Part shown: piece after piece, positions 9,716-19,575 of the stretch
Numbering within the stretch: the stretch's first letter is position 1
How the letters are laid out: each line of letters begins with the position of its first letter
Source of the DNA: Eremomyces bilateralis CBS 781.70
Lineage: Eukaryota
Assembly (NCBI GenBank): GCA_010015585.1
Contig: ML975180.1
Direction: 5' to 3' (one strand)
Length of the DNA: 21,676 nt
Program-made: the position numbers and the translations under genes
Notes under the pieces: generated by a model
Told to the model about the DNA's origin: nothing
Databases searched by the model: none
What the model saw: the letters and a program-made list of their open reading frames with translations, nothing else

Positions 9716-12700
9716 GAGTGAGACCAAGACTGACGAAGTGGAACCATTTCCTCGCGTTGGTCGTGGTCTCGTGGAATCTCGTCCGTGGTTTGGTCAGAAG
9801 TCCAAACAATTGTATTGTTTCCGTGAGGAGTACGCGACATGGGATGATGGAGCGATGGGACGTTGTGGCGGAAGTGCTTGGCAGCGGAGCAAAGCTTGAC
9901 GCTGTTGATAGCCACGGACGGGCAGCCCCTGTCCAGTTACGCCATGAGAGAGGTTGTGTTGTCAGTTCTTGCCTTTTGGGGTTGCATGCGGTTTGGACTC
10001 TAGAGATGAGGAATATGGAAGTGCGATGAAGATTAGGATGGCAGGCATTTCGAGTAAGAGACAAGTAAATAAAGTACGATTCGGTTCGGAAACGCAATGT
10101 AGTAGTACAAGTAACTGGGTCCGCACAGCAGTTAATTAAGAGAATGGCAGCATCCTGACCATCACTGTCAGTCGTGTCAGATGAAGCCGGCCGATGGGGT
10201 TGTGACTTGTGATCACTGACTAGGGACCAGCTGCGGCTGGGGTTACAGTGGCACGAGTGGAATCGTCTGGACTCTCGCGAGGAGCATCCCCGGCGGGCCA
10301 GGCGCTCTCCTTGAGCTACTCAAGGGGAAATCCAACGAAAGCCAAACATCACTATCACGATGAAGATTATAAATTTATCGATGGTTCATTGAAGAAGGTG
10401 AAAAGTTGGTGGCGCTGATAAGGAGATGAGGATTGATGAGGGTTGATGAATAACAGGGCAGGAGCGGCCGAAGGATGACAGGGATGGGGCAAGGGGGTCG
10501 CAATCATGTCCAGATCGGGGAGGTGCGAAGGAACGGGCCAAGCCTTGGGGTCAGCAAAGACCGCCAAGATTGCAACGCCAGAGGTACCCCACCCTAACGG
10601 CGCCCACTGCCCAATACGTCCTCTTCCCCCCTGTCTTTGCCCTCCTGTAATAAGTAATATGCCATCAATATGCCAATCCAAGTCAGGTGCTTGCTTGTTC
10701 TTGGACCTCCTGCCTTGTTCTAACCTCCGCTTCTACAATTCTGCCAGTCAGGAAAATACCTAATAACTTTCTTGCAATTCGAGCTACTGTGTACTGACAG
10801 CTAGAGGCTTGGTTAGAGGCTTGGGGAGCTGTGCCAGGAACAGAAGGAGCTTCGTGTCTTGGGGAAGCACCCCTCGGCTCCAGAGCCTCTCCGACCTTGT
10901 TCCTCCTTCCCTCAGTCCACCACTCCATGTGAGTCCATCCAAATTCTAATGCGTCAGACGCTCTGCGCTGTGTCGCTTCACCTGACGTTGTACTTTAGCG
11001 TCGCTTGCCACCGGTGGCGTATGAGAGGCTTGACGCTTTGCGCTTTGCGGGCTTTGCCGCCGTTACGGGCACCGTACCGCCCGAACTCTCACCACTCGGG
11101 CACTTGTCCCCAGACTCCGGCGGAGGCTTCGCGTCGCTCGAGACTAGCGAGTTGCGACATGCCGGGTGTCTGCTGATCGGCCCACGTTCGATTCCTCTTC
11201 GGTCTTCATAGCATCATGACCAGAGTTCAGAAGGGACATGCGACATACCATTAACCATACATAGTAGTATGCTCAGGAACACTCTCGGCATCGGACTATT
11301 TCGATGAACTAGGGTCATAATTACCACGTAATCATAATGCTGTCGATGGTGATTGGTGAATGGTGAATGGGGGCTTGTTGTATACAAGATGAGGTCCGGG
11401 TGGCGGGTACTGTACAGAATAGTATTTATTTCGAAAAAAGCAAACGCCGCGTGCGTCATGGTTGTCTGCAAGATCACCGAAATTCCGTGAGAAATAAACC
11501 GAACGTCCGAGCGGCATCGCTAATATTGGGAATTCGGGACGATCAATGTCGTGTTCAATTGCCATCTTGCGAAATGTAAATTGTAAATTGCAATGGGAAT
11601 GAAACCAATAGAGGACTGTCCGTATGTCGCAATTTTGGGACCAGCGACCGAGATGTAGATGAACCAGTCAGTTCAACCAGTTGACCAGGTAAGGCTCACC
11701 CGGAGGGGGTTCCCTTGCTCGTGCAGTATCACGAAAATAGAGTGACACTATTGCTACGGGCAGCCCTGCTAACTGCCGGGGGGTGCAGGAGAGATGATGA
11801 TGGGCAGCCCGCGCTGGTCGTAGCCCGATGACCGGACTCTTGTCGCTCACTGGGTACGATACCAGTACCGAGCATTAAGGAATATTCTGTATTATTCACA
11901 TTCCACTGCGTCATGCACGAGCTCAGTTGGTTATCATGTCGTTTCATCGCTTCATACCTGAAGGTGGAAGTCCATGCTCATAATCCTGCGACCGTCAATC
12001 GTGCCATAGGAACCCAAGCATCAAGATTGGACGGAGGGAATGAGAAAGATTAGAGAAATAGGCAAGAGTCAAGACTTTCAAGAAATCCAGAACACGCTAC
12101 CGTTATCAGCGATCCCACTAATGTCCCAAATAATGTCCCAGGGACCGAGCGAGATCGAGAGAGGCAAATGGAGCTGGTGCCCAGTTGGGTCTAAACCCAG
12201 TCCCACTCATGTTGCTCCGATGTCAATTAGGGGCCAAGCTTCCCGCCGAGCTAAGCGTTATCAAGCTGCGCCATCGGTTTAGAAATTAGAGTGCCGGCCG
12301 ATGGTTGTTTGAACGTTGCTCGTGAGAATGGAGAATCAAGAGTGATGAAGATGCGAGCCAGGACGGAAAAAATGGGTTGTTTCGAAGCCGATCATTCAGT
12401 AGTTAGAGCCTGGGGATTTAGCTAAAGAATGAAGATCGAGGGAGAAAAGAGGACAAAACAATGGTCCAAGGAGAAGGGAGGGTAGAAAAAGGGAAGAAAA
12501 CCCTGGTAATCCGGTCATGGATTCAAGGAAACGCGATGCAACGGAAAGATCTCTTGGAGACTTGGACGCTTAGGATGATCTCTTACCAGTATTGTACCAG
12601 TACCAATAACCAGACCATCATACCTGTACGGTAGTGGGTGTAGTGATTACCGGTGTTAGTAGTGAAGAGTTAGGAGACGAGAAGAGGCAAAATCCCCGCG

Positions 12701-13506
12701 TTTAGCGTATCCGTCACCATGTCGCCCTCCCACACTAAACTTCCTCCACCTTCTCACTATCTCACCACTAACCATATGCCGGTATCGCTTCCTTGTCCAC
12801 GCAACCAGCACATGCAGATTGTAGATGTCAGTATTCCGTACTCTGTATCGAAACTCTAGAGTCTCTCCACCTGTCCACTGTCCAGTTCGCTGCGGAATCC
12901 CCTCAATTCTCCTGCACCGAAGCAATTAGTCCGCGTCGTCGTCGGCCATCTCCCCGTCTATCACCCGTTCTACCTCAGTACGTACCTCTGCACCCTTCAA
13001 AGCACCGACCACTTCGCTTCACACACTCCATCCAACCATCCATGACGATTGGACCAGTATGTTGGTCTGCCACAATGGTGAATTGGCCGTAGCGCCACTG
13101 TCCCATGGTCCATGGATGCAGGATGATGGTTCGTACCGATACTGCCGTTCCCACCTCCCCAATCGCTATACCTCAAATCTGTACGCCCCCCCTCCTGGAC
13201 GACCATCCCATCCTTGCCTCCCGCTCTCCGTACTACTTAAAACCTCCCGGCCGCATCCCAGCGTTGCATCTTTTTCCTTTCCTATCCCGCTCCCTCTGTC
13301 ATCGTCCATTGTACGAAGTGCGGATGTTTCCTCGTTCCGCCAAGCCGTCGTCATTGTCTTCCCCATCACTGACCCCCAACCTCACCACTCCGGCTCGCCG
13401 CGAGCGGTTCCAACAATCCCCTCCCAGCTCCTCCATCGATCCTGGTCGCGAGCTGTAGCCATTATCGATAGATCTTAATTCTTGATTTCTCTCCCATTGA
13501 CCCATC

Positions 13507-15439
13507 ATGGCCACCTATGAGAAGGGGGTCCTCCCGGATCCGGAGAAGGAGGCCGCACGCGAGGTTCAGCCTGCTCCCGCCTACGACACCGAGGGACGAA
13601 CCGCCAGCGTCGTCTTCAAGAACGAGGAGTTCCAGAAGCTCAGCTTCTGGACTCGTAATGGCTTGAACCTCGAGTCGTTTAAGCGCCGCGAGGGCTACGA
13701 CACGACCAACCAGCTCAACCAGACCATGAAGTCTCGCCATCTGCATATGATCGCCATCGGCGGCTCCATCGGCGCCGGCTTCTTCGTCGGCTCTGGAAGC
13801 GCGTTGTCCAAGGGTGTAGGTTTCCCTTTCGGGCGTACGTCTGCGTCGTACAAACCCACGCCGGTCCGCTAACCTTCGTGTCCAGGGTCCAGGTGCGCTG
13901 CTCATTGATTTCGGCATTATCGGGGTGATGATGTTCAACGTCGGTAAGTCGCAACGCTACAATCGCGTTAACCATGTCCAAGGGAAGAATTCGTATCCTG
14001 ACCTGTCGTGCTAGTCTATGCTCTTGGAGAACTCGCCATCATGTACCCGGTTTCCGGTGGTTTCTACACCTATTCCACTCGCTTCATCGATCCTTCGTGG
14101 GGTTTCGCCATGGGTTGGAACTACGTCTTCCAATGGGCCATCGTCCTTCCGCTCGAACTGACTGTCGCCGCTATCACCGTAGGTTACTGGGACAGCGATA
14201 TCAGCGTCGCCGTCTGGATCACCGTCTTCCTGGTCGTTATCGTCTTTATCAACATCTGGGGCGTCTTGGGCTATGCCGAAGAAGAGTTCTGGTCCAGTAT
14301 CCTCAAGCTGTCGGCCACCATCATCTTCATGATCATCTGCTTGGTCATGGTGTGCGGTGGTGGTCCCAGCGAAGGGATATACAGTGAGTATTGGGGCGCC
14401 CGCAACTGGTATAACCCGGGCGCATTCGCCAATGGCTTCAAGGGCGTCTGCGCTGTCTTCGTCACCGCCGCCTTCGCCTTCAGCGGCACCGAACTGGTGG
14501 GTCTCGCCGCCGCCGAGGCCTCCAATCCCGTTCGGCAGCTGCCCGGCGCCATCAAGCAGGTCTTCTGGCGAATCACCCTCTTCTACATCTTGGGCTTGTT
14601 CTTTGTCGGTCTCCTCATCCCCTACGACGACGAGAACCTGCTGGGTGCCAATCCGTATGTTAGCGTTGATGCCTCGCCGTTCGTGCTGGTCGGCAAGTAC
14701 GCCGGTCTCAAAGGCTTCGACTCTTTCATGAACGTCGTCATCATGCTCTCCGTCATCTCCATCGGCATGTCCGGCGTCTACGGCGGCTCGCGCACTTTGA
14801 CCGCCTTAGCCGAGCAAGACTACGCCCCGAAGATCTTCGCTTACGTCGACAAGAGCGGTCGCCCGCTGCCCAGTACCGCCGCCATCTGTATCTTCGGCGT
14901 CCTCGCCTACGTCAACTTGACCTCCGACGGCCCCACCGTCTTCGACTGGCTGCTCGCCTTGTCCGGCCTAGCTGCCCTGTTCACCTGGGGATCCATCTGC
15001 TTGGCCCACATCCGCTTCCGTGCCGCCTGGAAGTACCAAGGACACACCCTCGATGAGATTCCATTCAAGGCCGTCGGCGGCGTCGCCGGGTCGTACCTCG
15101 GTCTGTTCCTCATCGTTCTCGTCCTGATTGCTCAGGTAAGCTTCCACGCCCTCTTGCACATCGCGCCCTGGCTAAACCGTGTTCCAGTTCTACATCGCCC
15201 TGTTCCCGCTCGGCGGCGAAACCAGCGCCGAGAACTTCTTCAAGTCCTACCTCGCCTTGCCCATCGTCATGCTCTTCTGGGTGTGCGGCTATTTCTGGAA
15301 ACGCACCGGCTGGTTGACCATCGCCACTATCGACGTCGATTCCGGTCGTCGCCATCTCGACCTCGACCAGGTCCGTGCCGACAACGCCGAGCGCGCCCTG
15401 TGGCCGGCGTGGAAGCGCATCCTGAACCTCATGTTCTAA
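13507..15439 (+). CDS. Amino-acid permease, APC superfamily, yeast amino acid transporter (YAT) family (Gap1/INDA1-like), 579 aa
   Basis: Exons 13507-13815, 13886-13943, 14015-15135, 15188-15439 (1740 nt, in frame). Introns 13816-13885, 13944-14014, 15136-15187. Family motifs: MKSRHLHMIAIGGSIGAGFFVGSG, GPGALL, ALGELAIMYPVSGGF, WGFAMGWNY, YAEEEFW, AAFAFSGTELVGLAAAEASNP, and C-terminal IDVDSGRR. About 12 hydrophobic segments. Confidence 0.96.
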
Positions 15440-16331
15440 GGGAGGAGGTCTTTCAGTGGCATGTGTGCATCCGTCCCGCTCTATATATATCAGTCGTTGC
15501 GATCTGCTCCGCGGGGAAGCGTCCAGGGGCTTGCGGCTTCACGTATCGATGTTATCCAAGAATCAGGGCGGTCGCTCAGATGTCCCGTCCATTTTGCATC
15601 CGAACGCGTAGATCTTTTTAATTTGTCCTGTGTGCTTTGCCGGTGAATGTGCGTCCAATATGCTCGAGCCTTGATAGCTTTCTTGTCGATCCACGGCATC
15701 CCTGAAAATTGCCCCATTCGGAAATATCCTGTCTATGATCCCGGCACTGGAATGCATCGCCCAACTTTCCAAGGATTTGTATTTTTTTCCGCCGCTCATG
15801 GAGCCACTGCAAACGCAGACAGTTGACGGTAACACCTGTATGACGGGGTGCGGGCCCGCTGGATTACTTGTATGGTGGTGAAATCCTGGGCACTCGTACG
15901 ATTGCCTCGTAAAGCTGGGACCTCCGCGCCCTTCGACCATGTGCGGCCCACTTCGACATGTCAATTGTCAGCCACCACCAAGATTTGAGCACGCAACCAC
16001 TGGCGACGACGACTCCGCTGGATTAATAATTACTCGCCAGGCGTCCCGATTATGTGAAAATCCAGTTTAATGTGCCCTGAACCATTGCGATTTTACAAGG
16101 TTCCTTGTGAAAGCGTGCCTAAGGGCGTAAGACGGGCAGGATGAAGAATACTCGGGCCGAAGCCGGCACCGATAGCGCCGATACTCACAGAGCAGTCGTG
16201 ATTATATTCCACCCAGGCGTTCTGTGATACCGTTGACATCTTGTTAGGAGAAGTATCTACCAAGCCAGTACGAGAAGCTCAACCGAGATAAATCTGACAT
16301 TCATGGCTATCAAACCGAAACCGCTGTGCTT

Positions 16332-17694
16332 TCATCTGTCTATGCTGGTTTCCGACTGCGCTCCAGACAACGACGCTTCTCCTTCAACACCTCTGACGCC
16401 GCCGCCTGAGGAACCGCTTCCCGGCTCCAACGTGACAGAGGTACCAGCCCCTCCGAGACTGGTGTCGGTCACTGGGGTCTCGCCGAGGTCGCTGACACCG
16501 CCGCCTGAAGAATCGTTTCCCGGCTCCAATGTGACAGTGGTATCAATCCCTCCGAGACTGGCATCAGTGACTGGAGTCTCACCCGGATCGCTCGGCCCAT
16601 TGCTACCTACCCCTGGAACCCCGTCGCCGACCTCAGGTCCCTCCCCGTTTGTTGGCGAACCACCTGGGACTTGTTAGAAAAGATTGTCGGAATGGACTCG
16701 CGCTCAACTCACCCGTAACCTCCCCCGTCGGACCTCCAGATCCATCAGACGAACCATCGTTCCCAGCCTCTGGCTCTAGTTCAACCTGTGATTCCGGCTC
16801 CGGCTCTAGCTCCGTCTCTGGCCCCGGCCCCCCAAACACGCAGATCCCTATACAATCCGCCCCGCCGTTCCCCGGGTCACAATCGTCTCCCGGATCGTCC
16901 GCGCACAGATAGTTCCGCGGGCACGCGAACCCGGGGTACCCACCGCAGCGACATCCCGCGCCGACCTCGCGGCCCGTGCACGCGTTCCGCTGCACGCAGA
17001 TGCCCGGCGCGTCGCACTCGAGCCCGCAGCCCTGGACGCGCGGGTCGTTCATGCAGATGTAGTTGACGTCGTCGGGACATTGGAGACCGCGGAGAGTGCC
17101 ACATGGGGCGTATGTCGGGGGTTGGGTGGAGGGGGATGGGGGGGAGGGGGTGGTGCTGTTGCCGTTGCAGCGGGGTGAGTCAGGGTACTCGTTGCACCAC
17201 CATGGTTGAGTGTGCCCGGGTTTTCGGGTTGGGGTTGGAGCTTTGGTGCGGGTGCGGGTGATGACTGGTTGGCGTGTCACTGTCGACGCTCTAATGACAG
17301 GGTTAGGGGGTCGCGTGGATGCGGTAATCACTGGGTTAGGAGGCCGCGTGGATGCCGTGATTACAGGATTGGGAGACCGCGTGGACGCCGTGATGACGGG
17401 GTTTGGAGGGACCGTGGATGCGGTAATCACTGGATTTGGAGGAACCGTGGATGCCGTGATGGCGGGGTTGGGAGGCACCGTGGACGCCGTGAGTACCGGG
17501 TTCGGAGGGACCGTGGATGCCGTGATGACGGGGTTCGGCGGCACCGTCGTCGAGTTGATCACCGAGTGGGGTGGCACCGTGCATGCCGAAATGACCGGCT
17601 CAGACGCCACTGTTGACGCCGTAATGACCGAAGGATCTTGAGGAAGAGCGAAAGACACGCCCGTCAAGGCTAGGAAAAGGAGTGAAAGCCTCAT
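16332..17694 (-). CDS. Secreted protein of unknown function: signal peptide + 12 x 11-aa Pro/Thr/Val repeats + tandem Cys-rich modules + acidic Gly/Ser tail, 437 aa
   Basis: The ATG at 17694 gives a typical signal peptide, MRLSLLFLALTGVSFA|LP. Exon 1 is 17694-16713, followed by a 49-nt intron 16712-16664 (GTGAGT...TTCTAAC...CAG) and exon 2 16663-16332, which joins in frame with the separate 16332..16529 ORF. Total 1314 nt. Repeat units differ mostly at synonymous sites, supporting real coding on this strand. Confidence 0.85.
16393..16592 (-). repeat. Coding tandem duplication, 2 x 99 bp (33 aa)
   Basis: SDPGETPVTDASLGGIDTTVTLEPGNDSSGGGV / SDLGETPVTDTSLGGAGTSVTLEPGSGSSGGGV; the DNA units start at 16393 and 16492 on the + strand. 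Confidence 0.9.
17245..17640 (-). repeat. Coding tandem repeat, 12 x 33 bp (consensus PPNPVITASTV)
   Basis: Units QDPSVITASTV, ASEPVISACTV, PPHSVINSTTV, PPNPVITASTV, PPNPVLTASTV, PPNPAITASTV, PPNPVITASTV, PPNPVITASTR, SPNPVITASTR, PPNPVITASTR, PPNPVIRASTV, TRQPVITRTRT. Confidence 0.95.
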
Positions 17695-18369
17695 CGCGAA
17701 CGCACGCAGACACGGGAAAGTACAGCGGGACAGAGTCAACCGATCGTGAAGAGGAATTGGATCGCCTGACCTTTTAATAGATGATCAGTTCCCGGGTTTC
17801 GAAATGATCTGGACCTGGAGAGCAATCTCGTCGCTCCACTTCATTTACTCGGACCGGTTCTGACGACATGCTTTCGCAAGGGTAATGTGAGTCTAAATTG
17901 CCTAGAAGTAGAGGATGCGCCAATTCGCCTCGCCGACGTGAGTTTAAACACTTTCCCATCCGGTAGGTAATTGGCCTTTGTGTCTTTTCGCGGGCGTGGG
18001 TGATAGTTTTTATTTGATCAATCAAGGTTGTATCAAATAGACAAGGGGTTCACTCGAGGATTCGGTCTTGGCCAAATATATTGCTTCGACCCAGCAATTT
18101 GCGAGATATTGGATCGAAGGACTATTTTAATCGCTATTCAATGGCGATGCCTTTTTTTAGTCGTTTGGCTTCGCATAGTCCTTTAGAGGGCGTAGTTCTG
18201 CCAGTCTGCGCAATTGAGGATTCAGATTGCAGGAATACATCGGTTGATCGTTCCGAAAACAGTACCAGAACCTCTGGTGAACTTTGCTGACAGTCATTAT
18301 TCGTGAACATTGCTCTTTAACGGTAATATATATCGGCCGTAATGCGAACCTTTGCACCGTGGCTTGCCT

Positions 18370-19354
18370 TCAACGTCGAGCCTTCCCCGGATTCGCCCTC
18401 TTTCCCCGCTTCGCTGTTTCCTGGAACATTTCCTCAGGCGGTTCCTCCGTCGCCCGTCGTTTGGCGCCCTTCCCCGAACCGGCACCGTACTTCTCCGCCA
18501 GCCGGTCGAGGAACGCGTTCGAGTCCTGCTGGCGCTGTGTATTCCGGCTCTGAATCAACGCGGCCAGCGCCGACTCGTCCGGCTCCGACCCTTTCGTCTT
18601 CTTTGTCTTCTTCTTGGCGTCGCCGTTTGCGAACAGCTTATCGTGGACGCCCATCTCCCTCGCCAGCTCTTCCGCTTCGCGTGCCTCCTTCTGCGCGTTC
18701 CGCTCTCGTGCCTTCTTGCTCGCTCCAGACTCCGACGCGTACTTCTTGTAGGATTTGATGGTTTTGTCCTGAATCTCGCGATTCAAAATCTCCCGAAATC
18801 GCGCGTCATCGTCGACGGGATTGCTCAGCATGACCTCTTCGTAGATCACATCCATATCCCCTTTCCCTCTGTTGTATGCCGCGATAAGGTCGGATTTCTC
18901 TTCCTCGCTGCCCTGGTATTCCGATTTGAACTGTTCGATGGCCTCGTTCGTTACCACTTCTTTCATCTGCGCGCGGAAGAAGTCCCTCCAGTCAAATTCA
19001 TCGTCATCCAGGTCGACGGACTCCTCCGTTCTTCCTGTGGTGTCGTAACGCTGACGGCGGCGTGGGTCGGAGAGAATCGCATATGCAAAGGCGACCTCTT
19101 GGAACTTGATGTGGGCTTCTGCTTTCTGGTCCTCGGGCGCTTTATCTACCGCGAATACGATTAGCATGCGACGGTTCGTGGACAACCGGGGACGTACCTG
19201 GGTGATGCTTGAGGGCCGCTTTCCGATATGCAGACTTGATTTGATCCGCCGTAGCGGATCGCTCGAGCTCCAATACCGTGTAGGGTTCGATCTTTGGTGG
19301 CTCCTCGTCTAGAAGTTCTTCGAAGTCATTCAGCTTCTTCTTGCGAGACGCCAT
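18370..19354 (-). CDS. DNAJC9: J-domain protein of the DNAJC9 family (Hsp70 co-chaperone / histone H3-H4 chaperone), 310 aa
   Basis: Exon 1 19354-19198, intron 19197-19146 (GTACGT...GCTAAT...TAG), exon 2 19145-18370 (933 nt total). Splicing restores the J-domain HPD motif (AYRKAALKHHPDK...FQEVAFAYAILSD..RRQRYD). The downstream YQGSEEEKSDLIAAY..GDMDVI and LAALIQSRN...AFLDRLAEKYG blocks are characteristic of DNAJC9. Basic NLS-like termini. Confidence 0.9.
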
Positions 19355-19553
19355 CTCACAGTAATAAGATGGGAACTGGGGCGGTTGGAATGTGATGGAG
19401 AGTTTGATGGAGGGACAGCAGAGAGATAATGTAAGTTAAAGAAAGCGATGGGATAAGATGAATTTGATCTGCTGCTGCAGGACAGTGTTGACATGAAATA
19501 TGATTTACGTTGAAAGATAAAAGGTGCAATGAAGTCGGGACTTTTGGTGGGAG

Positions 19554-19575
19554 ACGCGTTGGACGCGCCACGCGT
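19554..19575. promoter_or_regulatory. Cluster of MCB (MluI cell-cycle box) motifs upstream of the DNAJC9-like gene
   Basis: ACGCGT 19554-19559, ACGCGC 19563-19568 and ACGCGT 19570-19575 lie within 22 bp, about 200 bp upstream of the ATG at 19354. Function is inferred from yeast MBF sites. Confidence 0.55.

Noticed and set aside
11931..13471. GATA (AreA/Nit2) sites upstream of the permease (TTATCA at 11931, 12103, 12258; CTATCA at 12958)
   Set aside because: Biologically plausible, but scattered and not obviously above background for a 6-mer.
15136..15621. Long C-terminal extension of the permease in the ORF track (537-aa ORF)
   Set aside because: Read-through of intron 15136-15187; the spliced exon 15188-15439 gives the family-typical last helix and IDVDSGRR tail.
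16303..16677. Plus-strand Pro-rich 124-aa ORF with a duplication
   Set aside because: Antisense of exon 2 of the secreted protein; the minus strand has a canonical intron and an in-frame junction.
17245..17640. Signal peptide + tandem repeats as a fungal RiPP (dikaritin/KEP) precursor
   Set aside because: No KR/RR Kex2 sites between units, no DUF3328/UstY, tyrosinase or prolyl oligopeptidase gene in the window, and the repeats are followed by a folded Cys domain.
17206..17641. Plus-strand repeat ORFs (GLGGRVDAVIT...)
   Set aside because: Antisense shadow of the minus-strand gene, which has the signal peptide and the synonymous-site pattern.
18342..19164. Long plus-strand ORFs overlapping the DnaJ gene, and similar ORFs overlapping the ABC and permease genes
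   Set aside because: Antisense or alternative-frame ORFs expected from GC-rich codon usage; no recognisable motifs.
2446..19354. ABC transporter + permease + secreted protein + DnaJ as a functional gene cluster
   Set aside because: No biosynthetic backbone enzyme or regulator, long spacers and unrelated functions; nothing in the sequence links them.
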